NCBI GenBank assembly: GCA_014360755.1
Contig: JACIWX010000006.1
Location: 27,748-91,747, forward strand
Direction of reading: 5' to 3'
Length of the DNA stretch: 64,000 nucleotides
Source of the DNA: Chloroflexota bacterium
GTDB taxonomy: Bacteria > Chloroflexota > Anaerolineae > UBA2200
A model generated the notes under the pieces. That model was given only the letters and a program-made list of their open reading frames with translations, had not been told where the DNA came from and made no database searches. Below are positions 38,085 to 47,675 of the stretch, piece after piece (within the stretch, counting starts at the first letter, position 1; each line of letters begins with the position of its first letter). The position numbers and the translations under genes were made by a program.

Positions 38085-39116
38085 CTACAGGCCAAGACGG
38101 CTGGCGTAGTCCATGATATTGCTCTTGTCCACCACCGTCGCCTGCGTCACGATCCGCTCCGGCACCGGCTTCCCATTGATGTAGTCAATCAGCGCCAAGA
38201 TCGCATCACCAGCCTGCTTCCCTGGCCGCTGATCACACGATACCACCATCCGCCCTTCGTAAATCGCCTTCAGCGCATCGTTGTTGGCATCAAACCCACT
38301 CACCAACGTCTTGCTCAATCGCCCAGCCGCCTCCAACGCCTCGATCGCACCCAACGCCATCTCGTCGTTGCACGCCAATACCGCATCAATCTCCGGATAC
38401 GTCTGCAGCAAGTTCTCCATCACCTGCATGCCCTTCGCACGCTGGAAGTCAGCCGTCTGCGATGCCAATACCTGGATGCCTGGATACTTCGCCAATACGT
38501 CATCTATCGCCTTCTTGCGGTCTATCGCCGTCTGCGAACCTGTGGCTCCCTCCAGGATCACCACCTTCCCCTTGCCACCCAGCTTCTGCACCATGTACTC
38601 CGCTACCAACGTCATCGCTTCATAGTTCTCTATGGCCGAGAAGGTGATCACCTTGCCACCAAAAGCCTTCGTGTTCGCCGTGGCTACGGGAATGCCCGCC
38701 TGATTCGCTCGCTCAATCACCGGCACAATGCCCGCCGAATCCACCGGCACCAAGACTATGCCATCTACTTTCCGCGCAATCAGGTCATCCACCAACCGCG
38801 TCTGCTCTTCCAGGTTGTTCGGCTTCGTCGGCGCTAAGTAAATCAACTCAATGCCATGCTCCTCAGCAACCTGCTTGGCACCCGCATACATCATATCCCA
38901 GAAGGGGTTGTTCAGCGCCTTCGTGACCAGAGCAAAGGTCAGCTTCTTTGGCGCTGCCGTGGGCGCAGGCGGAGCTGTCGGCTTCGCCGCTTCCGTCGGC
39001 TTGGGTGTTGGTGTAGGCACAGGCGTGGGCGTGGCTGCTGGTTGACAGGCTGACAAGCCAATGCCTACCGCCAGCAATATTGCGATCAGCAAGTAACTAC
39101 GGTTGTTCTTGTACAT
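38085..39116 (-). CDS. Sugar ABC transporter substrate-binding lipoprotein (ribose/monosaccharide-binding family).
   Basis: Lipobox LSAC, a Pro/Thr-rich linker (TPTPVPTPTPKPTEAAKPTAPPAPTAAPKK), then a periplasmic binding protein type I fold. Confidence 0.85.
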   Translation of the reverse strand: MYKNNRSYLLIAILLAVGIGLSACQPAATPTPVPTPTPKPTEAAKPTAPPAPTAAPKKLTFALVTKALNNPFWDMMYAGAKQVAEEHGIELIYLAPTKPNNLEEQTRLVDDLIARKVDGIVLVPVDSAGIVPVIERANQAGIPVATANTKAFGGKVITFSAIENYEAMTLVAEYMVQKLGGKGKVVILEGATGSQTAIDRKKAIDDVLAKYPGIQVLASQTADFQRAKGMQVMENLLQTYPEIDAVLACNDEMALGAIEALEAAGRLSKTLVSGFDANNDALKAIYEGRMVVSCDQRPGKQAGDAILALIDYINGKPVPERIVTQATVVDKSNIMDYASRLGL

Positions 39117-39233
39117 ATTTCCCTTTCCTCCTCCTTTTCAAATTACAAATTTGGGCACAGAAACTCGAAAAGTGAACCGCTTGGTTTATGGATTCTCACC
39201 CCCTTTCGAAGAATTTTGCGGCTATCTATCGCT

Positions 39234-40172
39234 TCATGCCGTCTTCTTCTTGATCCACATATCCAGCCAAACTGCCAACACAACCACTAAGCCAATGGCA
39301 AATTGCTGCCAAAGTGAGGAAATCCGCAACAGATTCATGGCATTCACCAGAACTGTCATGATCAACGTGCCGATAATCGTGCCTCCGATTCCACCACGTC
39401 CCCCCGTCATGCTCGTGCCACCCATCACGGGGCTTGCAATAGCAGGGAGCAGGAAGGGAGCCCCAATATCCTGGTCTACAGCATTGAGCCGCGCCGTCAA
39501 GATAATCCCACCTAATGCAGCTAACAACCCGCTGAGCATATAGGTGTAAATCAAAATACGATCCACGCGCAAGCCTGAAGCTTTGGCAGCATAGGGATTC
39601 GCCCCTACCGCGTAGATGCTCTTGCCCAGCGTGGTGTACTTCAAGAAGAGATAAACCACCAGTGCTACAGCGACCATGATCCATATCGGCACAGGAATGC
39701 CCAACAAGATTCCGCGCCCGATATAGCGGAATGCATTGGGGAAGCCAAAATAGGGAAAAGCACCCATGATCGCAAAAGCAAGGCCTCGACCTACCCAGAG
39801 CATGCCATATGTGGCAATGGCGGAAGGCAATTTGACTTTGGCAACCAGAATGCCGCTGACCAAACCACAGAGCAATCCGGAACCCAACGCGGATACAATC
39901 GCAATTGACCAATGCAGCTTCGTCTGGGTAAGCACATAACCTGCAATGATGCTCGCCAGCGTCACAACTGAACCTATGGAAAGGTCTATGCCACCTGTCA
40001 GCAGCACGATCGTCATGCCTGCCGAGATAATGATTTGAGGCGAAGCCTGGCGCACGATATTGATGAGGTTGCTGATTTTCAGAAAGTTCGGGTTGAGCAC
40101 AGCGACAACCATGCTCAACAGCACCAGCGCTAGCAATCGTGAAAACCTAAGCAAAAAAGATTTTAATGTCAT
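39234..40172 (-). CDS. Sugar ABC transporter permease (RbsC/AraH-like).
   Basis: 312-aa polytopic protein with branched-chain / ribose-type permease topology. Confidence 0.85.
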   Translation of the reverse strand: MTLKSFLLRFSRLLALVLLSMVVAVLNPNFLKISNLINIVRQASPQIIISAGMTIVLLTGGIDLSIGSVVTLASIIAGYVLTQTKLHWSIAIVSALGSGLLCGLVSGILVAKVKLPSAIATYGMLWVGRGLAFAIMGAFPYFGFPNAFRYIGRGILLGIPVPIWIMVAVALVVYLFLKYTTLGKSIYAVGANPYAAKASGLRVDRILIYTYMLSGLLAALGGIILTARLNAVDQDIGAPFLLPAIASPVMGGTSMTGGRGGIGGTIIGTLIMTVLVNAMNLLRISSLWQQFAIGLVVVLAVWLDMWIKKKTA

Positions 40173-40200
40173 TTCCTGCCATCTCCTCCATGATCTTGCG

Positions 40201-41157
40201 CTATTTCTGCGCTCCGCCTTCTACCAGGACAGACAAGACAATGGCGCCGATCAGTACGGGGCCAATAATAGCCAGCTGGATGTAGGTCGGTATGCCCATC
40301 ACATTCAGCCCATTTCTTAGGATGAGGATAAACAAGACGCCAATCACCGTTCCAATAGCTGTGCCACGCCCCGCGGCGAAACTCCCGCCCAAAACAACGG
40401 CAGAAAAAGCTTCGAACTCCATGCCTAAACCGACGGTTGGCTGAGCACACATATTGCGCCCTGTGATCACGATAGCTGCCAGGCCTGCCATGAGGCCGGC
40501 ATAGACATACACTAGAGTCTTATACCACCAGGCTGGCTTGCCAGTGAGCACGAGCGCTTGTTCGTTGCCACCCAAGGCATAGACATAGACGCCAAAAGGT
40601 GTAAAGTTCAGCAAGGTGAAAGAGCATAGAAAAGCCAGGACAGATAACCACATGGGCACTGGCAAATGCAGAAATGTGCCGTTGCCCAGGTACCCTATGG
40701 ACGCAGGCAATCCCCAAATCACATTCCCGTTGTTCATTCCCAGAGAAATCCCTGCCGCGATGCCCTGTGTGCCCAGAGTAGCAATAAAAGAAGGGATGTC
40801 CATCTTGGTAACAAAGAAGCCATTCAACAAACCACACAAGCCCCCCACGATGAGGCTGAGCAGCAAGGCTACCGGGATAGGCAGCTTGGCATAAGCCAGA
40901 GCCCAAGCCATCACCATACCCGCCAGGGTCATCACGGCACCGACCGAAAGCTCAATGCCACCAGTGATCTTGACTACGATGACGCCCATGCACAGGATCA
41001 TCAAGATGGAACCTTGCGTCAGGAGATTGACAGCATTCTTCAGGGTGAAGAAAGCTGGGGCAAAGCGAGCAAAGAACAGGATCATGCCCAGCAATACCCA
41101 CACTACTGTTGGGACTTGACGAAGGAGTGTTTTCCGTGAACCTGGACTCATTTGCAT
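40201..41157 (-). CDS. Sugar ABC transporter permease (second subunit).
   Basis: 318-aa polytopic paralogue of the adjacent permease. Confidence 0.85.
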   Translation of the reverse strand: MQMSPGSRKTLLRQVPTVVWVLLGMILFFARFAPAFFTLKNAVNLLTQGSILMILCMGVIVVKITGGIELSVGAVMTLAGMVMAWALAYAKLPIPVALLLSLIVGGLCGLLNGFFVTKMDIPSFIATLGTQGIAAGISLGMNNGNVIWGLPASIGYLGNGTFLHLPVPMWLSVLAFLCSFTLLNFTPFGVYVYALGGNEQALVLTGKPAWWYKTLVYVYAGLMAGLAAIVITGRNMCAQPTVGLGMEFEAFSAVVLGGSFAAGRGTAIGTVIGVLFILILRNGLNVMGIPTYIQLAIIGPVLIGAIVLSVLVEGGAQK

Positions 41158-42668
41158 GCTTTCGCTCCCATAGCACAGCGGATAATCTCTTCGGCATCTG
41201 TACCGCGTGGGAACTCGCCCACGATAGAGCCCTCATGCATCACATAAATGCGGTCGCTCATCCCCAAAATTTCTGGCAACTCCGAGGAGATCATCAAAAT
41301 CGCGTTTCCCTCGTTAGCCAGTTGATCCATAAAAGCGTGGATTTCCGCTTTAGCGCCCACATCAATGCCACGAGTTGGCTCATCAAAGATAAAGATTTTA
41401 GGCCCAGTACAAAGCCACTTAGCCACCACTACTTTCTGCTGGTTGCCTCCGCTCAGATACTGTACCTCACGAGCCAAGTCAGGTGGAGAGACTCGCAGTT
41501 GCTTTACGTATTTCCCTGCTTCCAGTTGCTCCTTCTTGGGGTTCAAAATGCCACGAGGGAACAACTGCTTCAAGCTCGCCATCACGACGTTGGTTTGCAG
41601 CGGGAGGATGGGAAAAATCCCATCGCGTTTGCGATCCTCGGGCAACAATCCGATACCCATCTCCACGGCGCGCGGTGGATCAATATGGTCTACTTTCTTC
41701 CCCATAACCTCGATGGTGCCGGCAGTGCGAGGATCCAAGCCAAAGATAGCGCGTGCCGTTTCCGTGCGACCAGAACCAACCAAGCCAGCCAGGCCAACGA
41801 TCTCTCCAAAACGCACTTCGAAAGAGACATCGCGCAATTTGTCATGGGTACAAAGGCCTTGAACGCGCAAGGCCACCTCACCTGGCTGGCAATAGCGGCG
41901 TGGGAAGAGGTCTTTGATCTCCCGACCTACCATCATCTTGATCACTTCATCCGCATTGGTCTCCGCAACTCGCCGCGTGCCAATGCGCTGACCATCGCGC
42001 AAGACGGTTACCCGATCTCCGATAATGAACAACTCTTCCAAGCGATGGGAGATGTAGATGATGCCCACGCCGCGGGCTTTTAGCCGACGGATGGTTTCGA
42101 AAAGCTGCTCGATCTCACGAACGGTGAGGGCAGAGGTTGGCTCATCCAGCACCAGGATGCGCGCTTCCTGGGAAAGGGCTTTGGCGATTTCCACCATCTG
42201 TTGCTGGGCGACTCCCAGCTCCATCACCGGAAGGCGCGTGTCTATGGGTACGCCCATGGACTCCATCAGGCTGTGAGCTTCCTGATGCATGACTCGCTTG
42301 TCCAGAAAGAACCCAGCGCGCGTTTTCTCACGCCCCAAAAAGATGTTCTCGGCAACGTTACGGTACGGGACCAGCGTAAATTCCTGGTATACCATAGCAA
42401 TGCCATGTGCCTTCGCTAGGGCCGGATTCCAATGTGCCTGTACCTCGCCATCAATGACGATTTCCCCGGCATCCCGTTCGTAGGCACCAGCGAGAATCTT
42501 CATCAGGGTAGACTTTCCAGCGCCATTCTCACCGACCAGTACATGCACCTCACCCGGGTACAAGTCCAGGTCTACCTTATCCAGGGCCTGAACCCCTGGG
42601 AATGCTTTGCTGATGCCTCGCATTTCCAGCAGCGGTCTATCCTTTGCCAGCACAGATCCTCCTACCAT
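41148..42668 (-). CDS. Sugar ABC transporter ATP-binding protein with duplicated ABC domains (RbsA-like).
   Basis: Two Walker A motifs (GENGAGKST; first domain) and two LSGG signatures in 506 aa. Confidence 0.9.
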   Translation of the reverse strand: MVGGSVLAKDRPLLEMRGISKAFPGVQALDKVDLDLYPGEVHVLVGENGAGKSTLMKILAGAYERDAGEIVIDGEVQAHWNPALAKAHGIAMVYQEFTLVPYRNVAENIFLGREKTRAGFFLDKRVMHQEAHSLMESMGVPIDTRLPVMELGVAQQQMVEIAKALSQEARILVLDEPTSALTVREIEQLFETIRRLKARGVGIIYISHRLEELFIIGDRVTVLRDGQRIGTRRVAETNADEVIKMMVGREIKDLFPRRYCQPGEVALRVQGLCTHDKLRDVSFEVRFGEIVGLAGLVGSGRTETARAIFGLDPRTAGTIEVMGKKVDHIDPPRAVEMGIGLLPEDRKRDGIFPILPLQTNVVMASLKQLFPRGILNPKKEQLEAGKYVKQLRVSPPDLAREVQYLSGGNQQKVVVAKWLCTGPKIFIFDEPTRGIDVGAKAEIHAFMDQLANEGNAILMISSELPEILGMSDRIYVMHEGSIVGEFPRGTDAEEIIRCAMGAKACK

Positions 42669-42711
42669 GAGTTTATGTTTACATAACGATTTCTAACCCT
42701 AGTGGCGCGCC

Positions 42712-43869
42712 CTACATTTGGAAGACCACTTTGAGCGCATCCTCTTCAAACGACTTGTCAATCGCTTGCTGCGCCTGATCCAACGTAAAGCGGTGCGTGA
42801 TCAGCTTTTCGAAGGGAAATTCGTGGCGATGGCGGTACATCATTTCCATAGCAACGTAGTAGCCATCGTGGGGGTGGTTGGTATTGCCAAAGAGCAGGAC
42901 ATTCTTGGCAGCGATATGGCGGTGCACATTCAGGGTTACGGTGTTGCCGGTGTCCACAAAGTTGCCCGTTTCCAAATATGTACCGCCACGGCGTAACATC
43001 TCCAAACCTACTTTGAGCACCTCAGGACGCCCCACGTTCTCCACGACTACGTCTGCGCCACGTCCTTCCGTCTCATCGCGAATGATTTGTACCAATTCTT
43101 TGTCAGAGAGTCCTTTGACATTGATGCCCATGTCGGCGCCAAACTGCTTGGACAACTCTAGTTTCATATCGCTCTCATCGAGGGCGATGATCTTGCCCGC
43201 GCCGAGCAGGCGTGCCTTCGCCACCATCATCATACCCACTGCACCCACGCCTTGGACCACCACCGTATCCCCAAAATGGAAGCCTTTGCCTGCGTACGCG
43301 GCATATTCCTTCGCGCGGTCCAGCAGCGCGGTTACGACAAAGAGTTCGGTGAGGCAAGCGTATTCCACGGACAGGTATTCCGGCACTTTGTATACCCACG
43401 CTTTGGGGGGCAAATACATGTACTCAGCCCAACCACCGACAATATACGGAAATTGGTCAGAGCGATAGGTCATGCCTATGCCCTGGTGTTTCGCGCAGTA
43501 TGGATAACCGTGCACGTGGCGGCAATACCAGCATTCGCCGCAGATCACGTTGGGGCAGTTCGTGACTCGATCGCCGACTTTTAAATCCTTGCCGCTGTAC
43601 TCGATCTCCGAACCTTTGCCGTTCATCTCCACCACAATGCCGGCGTTCTCGTGGCCATGCACGCAGGGAAACACCATGTCCTGCTCTGCTTCTGTACCCC
43701 CGTAAAGGGTCAATTCTCCCTTATAGGCATGCTTGTCTGTGCCACAAATGCCGGACATTTCCATCTTGACAATGACTGCTCCTGGCTCCAGGTGATCAGG
43801 GTAGGGCAGTTCCTGCACCTCGATTTTCCCAGGTGCTACCATCACGGCTGCTTTTACTTTCTCTGGCAT
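42712..43869 (-). CDS. Zn-dependent medium-chain alcohol/polyol dehydrogenase (threonine/sorbitol dehydrogenase family).
   Basis: Catalytic Zn motif GHENAG, structural Zn site CGECWYCRHVHGYPYC, and the Rossmann motif VQGVGAVG. Confidence 0.85.
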   Translation of the reverse strand: MPEKVKAAVMVAPGKIEVQELPYPDHLEPGAVIVKMEMSGICGTDKHAYKGELTLYGGTEAEQDMVFPCVHGHENAGIVVEMNGKGSEIEYSGKDLKVGDRVTNCPNVICGECWYCRHVHGYPYCAKHQGIGMTYRSDQFPYIVGGWAEYMYLPPKAWVYKVPEYLSVEYACLTELFVVTALLDRAKEYAAYAGKGFHFGDTVVVQGVGAVGMMMVAKARLLGAGKIIALDESDMKLELSKQFGADMGINVKGLSDKELVQIIRDETEGRGADVVVENVGRPEVLKVGLEMLRRGGTYLETGNFVDTGNTVTLNVHRHIAAKNVLLFGNTNHPHDGYYVAMEMMYRHRHEFPFEKLITHRFTLDQAQQAIDKSFEEDALKVVFQM

Positions 43870-43926
43870 GTTTTTCTCCTATGTCCGAAAAGTAGTGTGA
43901 TCATGCAGCGCTCTAAGTAGTGCCTA

Positions 43927-44856
43927 TCATGGCGGGTAGGCAACTGTGTATAGGTGTTTGCCACCCTTTGTGGGCCCCTTCAGCAGTGCCTCAATTTCTT
44001 CCGGAGAGCGCTGGGTCAGTTTCTCAGCGGGCGGCAGCACCCCGGCCGGGTAACGTGCCATGATGTCATTGATCAACTTCTCCAGGTAGTCCAAGATGGC
44101 ATAAAGCCCCGGCTTTGCCTTGTCCATGTCTGCCAGCGTGGCACAGCCTACCACGCCTTCGGGCGTAGCAATGACCTCGATCGTGGAAGCGCCGACATGC
44201 TGCCAGAAGGGGATGGGGAGATCGTACGCTGAGCCGGACATGTCAATGTGCCCAGGGGGCATGAGGCTTTCACCCTTGGTGTCTACGGCGTCCTCCATCT
44301 TGATCATTTCAGGGAACAAGGCTAGCGAGTAGGAAGTTTCGCATTCATCGGCATGGATAAAAGGAGTTTCAAAAGGCCCACCGTGTTTCTTGTCGCGGAT
44401 GTGCGGCTTGATGGTGAACCACCAGTTCACGTTGATCAGCAATGCCGGCACCTGATACTTTTTCGCCCACTGATGCATGGCTACGGGAATCGCATAATCC
44501 TGGCCATGACCATTCAGCAGGATCTGCTTGCGGAAACCGGTATTCCAAAGGCCGGCGATGACCGCACGCAAGTAGGCAATAAAAGTCTCTTCGGGGACGA
44601 CAATGGTACCCGGCATCCCTAAGTGGTGGAAAGGATGGGAGCCGTACCAAAGAGGTTGTGCTACCGTACAACCTGTCTTTTGCGCGACCAGTTCCGCCAT
44701 ACGGGTAACAAGAAAGGTATCTTCGCCTGAGCAGGCATGGGGTCCATGGTTTTCCGTGCTGCCAATGGGCACGATGATCAAATCATTTTTCTTCAGCCGC
44801 TCTTCGATCTCCTTGCCGGTCATATTCTGCAGGTAGATACCGGTTGCCCGATCCAT
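43927..44856 (-). CDS. Creatininase-family amidohydrolase.
   Basis: IVPIGSTENHGPH...and the HADECE motif are typical of the creatinine amidohydrolase family. Confidence 0.8.
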   Translation of the reverse strand: MDRATGIYLQNMTGKEIEERLKKNDLIIVPIGSTENHGPHACSGEDTFLVTRMAELVAQKTGCTVAQPLWYGSHPFHHLGMPGTIVVPEETFIAYLRAVIAGLWNTGFRKQILLNGHGQDYAIPVAMHQWAKKYQVPALLINVNWWFTIKPHIRDKKHGGPFETPFIHADECETSYSLALFPEMIKMEDAVDTKGESLMPPGHIDMSGSAYDLPIPFWQHVGASTIEVIATPEGVVGCATLADMDKAKPGLYAILDYLEKLINDIMARYPAGVLPPAEKLTQRSPEEIEALLKGPTKGGKHLYTVAYPP

Positions 44857-44936
44857 GTGCCCACCTTCTGGTGGGAGCTTCCATTTTTCCATTGCTTCGA
44901 TGCTCCTTTCTTATCCTTTTGTGTTGATGCCATTAT

Positions 44937-45611
44937 TTAATCCTCAGGCAAATCGAGGAATTGCAACAATCGCTCTTTGACAGCGTGGATATGTTCTGCC
45001 ATGCGCCGACTGGCTAACTCAGCATCTCGCTGGAGCAGGGCTTCCACGACGCGACGGTGCTCCTCTGCCGAAGCCCGCACGTTTTCCATAGAGCGCAGCG
45101 ACAGCACGCGCTCGCGGTGGATGAGCTCTTGAACGCTCTCCATCATCTTGATGAGCCAATAATTTTGGGCGTGTTCGATGAGAAATGAGTGCAAATCAAT
45201 CTCGGTTTGGAGGAATGCATCGAGGTCTCCACGCTCGGTAGCAGCAGCGTTTTCCTCATAAAGACGCTTCAAGCGGGCTAATTCGTCATCCGTGAGCGCG
45301 AAGGCAGCTTTTTTTACCGCATGGCTCTCCAAGAGTTCACGCAGTTCGAACAGCTCTTCCAAATCGCGTTTGGTGATTTCTGTGACAAAAAAACCAACGC
45401 GAGGCACTATGCGCAACAGACCGTCTCGTTCCAGTCTGAGCAATGCCTCGCGTATGGGAGTGCGGCTGATATTGAGCTGTTCAGCCAGTTCATCAATATG
45501 CAACTGGGCTCCGGGATCTATCTTGAGGGTGAGGATACTGTCTTTGATGACCCCGTATGCCCAATCCGTCAATGCTGCTGGTTTACCTCTTTGGACAGGA
45601 AGCTCAACCAT
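44937..45611 (-). CDS. GntR-family transcriptional regulator (FadR/FCD subfamily).
   Basis: Winged HTH (LHIDELAEQLNISRTPIREALLRLERDGLL) and an FCD-type C-terminal domain. Confidence 0.85.
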   Translation of the reverse strand: MVELPVQRGKPAALTDWAYGVIKDSILTLKIDPGAQLHIDELAEQLNISRTPIREALLRLERDGLLRIVPRVGFFVTEITKRDLEELFELRELLESHAVKKAAFALTDDELARLKRLYEENAAATERGDLDAFLQTEIDLHSFLIEHAQNYWLIKMMESVQELIHRERVLSLRSMENVRASAEEHRRVVEALLQRDAELASRRMAEHIHAVKERLLQFLDLPED

Positions 45612-45623
45612 CGAATTTTCCTT

Positions 45624-45656
45624 GTGATATATTATATACTATATATAGTATATCAC
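45624..45656. promoter_or_regulatory. Palindromic operator in the divergent GntR / ptsI promoter region.
   Basis: GTGATATAttaTATACTATATATAGTATAtatCAC contains a perfect 18-bp palindrome, TATACTATATATAGTATA, inside imperfect GTGATATA..TATATCAC arms. It lies 13-45 nt upstream of the GntR start codon. Confidence 0.5.
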
Positions 45657-45829
45657 ATACTCCCAAATTTGTCAAATTTTGGAGAACGCCAGGTAAGTTC
45701 TGTCTTGGGGCAAATATTATGAGGTAACGATCTGGCTGAATACTGGCAAGTTAACCAAAGCCAAATTTGGCATCACAGAGAACTTGGGCCATAATATGTG
45801 AAAATTCTATGTTCTATCGGAGTGAAGAC

Positions 45830-47557
45830 ATGAAGACATATCAGGGGCTTGCTGCCTCGGGCGGCATCGCGATAGGCCCGGCCTACATCTATCTTCCAGA
45901 GGTGCAATGCGCACAGTTGCCCTGTGGTCCGGTCGAACCCGCGGCCGAACTTGCTCGACTCGAGCGAGCCATCGTTGAAGCCCAGAAGCAACTAGCCGCT
46001 ATCTACGAGAAATCCGTCGCCGAAGTAGGGGAGGAGGCGGCAGCCATTTTTCTGGCGCATCAGGAATTTCTCTCCGACCCGGAATTGCTTGCCGAGGTGA
46101 AGCGGCAGATCCAGGAGCAGCATGCACCCGCGGAGACAGCGGTAGAAACTGCCTTTGAGATATACGCCCAGCAACTGGAGGCTCTGGAGGATGCGTACTA
46201 CCAGGAGCGAGCCTTGGACCTACGCGACGTAAGCCGCAGACTGCGTCGCATCCTGGCAGGAGTGCAGGATCAGGAAACCCTGACTAACCTGACTTCTCCA
46301 GTCATTATCATTGCGCGCGACCTAACTCCGTCGGACACAGCGCAGATGAACAAGCGCATGGTGCTGGGATTCTGCACTGCCACGGGCGGCTTAACCTCAC
46401 ACACAGCGATTATTGCGCGTATCCTGGGCATCCCCGCCGTGGTGGGCATCGGCGAAGACATCCTGAACGTGCAGCCTGGTGCGCCATTGATCGTGGATGG
46501 CCATGAGGGAATCGTGCTGGAAAACGCGGATGAGGACACGATGACAAAGTACAAAAAGCAGCGGGATGCAGAAGCAGAGAGACAGAGGAAGGAAAAAGCG
46601 GCTGCACATAAGCCAGCAGCCACTGCTGATGGCCATCGTGTGGAGGTTGTCGCAAATATCGCCGATGCCGCATCAGCGCAAATCGCCCTGGACTTTGGTG
46701 CTGAAGGGGTAGGGTTGTTCCGCACCGAATACCTGTTCCTGAACCGCCAGAGCGTTCCTACAGAGGAGGAACAATATCGGGATTACCGCGCGGTAGCGGA
46801 TGTGCTGGGCAATCGTCCTCTGATTATCCGCACCCTGGACATCGGCGGCGACAAGCAACTCCCTTATCTGAACATAGGACAAGAAGCCAACCCCTTCCTC
46901 GGCTGGCGTGCCATCCGCCTTTGTCTGGACAATCCGCATATCTTCGAGCCCCAGCTCCGTGCCATCCTGCGCGCCAGCGTGGAGCGCAACGTACAGATTA
47001 TGTTCCCCATGATCGCCACACTGGAAGAAGTACAGCGTGCCAAGGAGGTCCTGGCACGAGTGCAGGCACAACTCGCCCAGGAAGGAGTCCCCTTCGATCC
47101 TCACACGCAAATTGGGATTATGGTGGAGGTGCCCTCGGCAGCGCTGATCGCCGATATATTGGCTCCGGAAGTGGATTTCTTCAGCATCGGCACGAATGAC
47201 CTCATCCAATACACTATGGCCTGCGACCGGGTCAACGAAAAAGTGGCTTACCTATACGATCCCTTGCACCCGGCGGTACTGCGCCTGATCCAGCATGTGA
47301 TTCAGGCAGCCCATCGCGTAGGGAAATGGGTGGGCATGTGCGGGGAAATGGCTGGCGATTTGGAGGCTATCCCCATATTGTTAGGGTTGGGGCTGGACGA
47401 GTTCAGCATGAATGCTCCAACTATCCCGGCAGCAAAAAGTCTGATTGCTTCCTTGACCCTGCCGCAAGCACAGGAAATTGCCCAGACCGCGCTGAGCAAG
47501 AGAACGGCTGAAGAAGTGCGGGATTATCTGCGCAGCCTAGGCCTTGCACAGCAGTAG
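45830..47557 (+). CDS. ptsI: Phosphoenolpyruvate-protein phosphotransferase (PTS enzyme I).
   Basis: The N-terminal domain GLAASGGIAIGPAY, the phospho-His region (TGGLTSHTAIIAR) and a PEP-utilising C-terminal domain are all present. GGAGTGA SD with 5-nt spacing. Confidence 0.9.
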   Translation: MKTYQGLAASGGIAIGPAYIYLPEVQCAQLPCGPVEPAAELARLERAIVEAQKQLAAIYEKSVAEVGEEAAAIFLAHQEFLSDPELLAEVKRQIQEQHAPAETAVETAFEIYAQQLEALEDAYYQERALDLRDVSRRLRRILAGVQDQETLTNLTSPVIIIARDLTPSDTAQMNKRMVLGFCTATGGLTSHTAIIARILGIPAVVGIGEDILNVQPGAPLIVDGHEGIVLENADEDTMTKYKKQRDAEAERQRKEKAAAHKPAATADGHRVEVVANIADAASAQIALDFGAEGVGLFRTEYLFLNRQSVPTEEEQYRDYRAVADVLGNRPLIIRTLDIGGDKQLPYLNIGQEANPFLGWRAIRLCLDNPHIFEPQLRAILRASVERNVQIMFPMIATLEEVQRAKEVLARVQAQLAQEGVPFDPHTQIGIMVEVPSAALIADILAPEVDFFSIGTNDLIQYTMACDRVNEKVAYLYDPLHPAVLRLIQHVIQAAHRVGKWVGMCGEMAGDLEAIPILLGLGLDEFSMNAPTIPAAKSLIASLTLPQAQEIAQTALSKRTAEEVRDYLRSLGLAQQ

Positions 47558-47675
47558 GCGATACCACGTTCATTACATAATATTTTGGGCATTCTCTCGC
47601 CCCAAGATTGCCCTGACCGTTCTTCTTGCCATGTCTATGACATAATTTCAGCGAAATTGAAGAACATTTGCAGTA

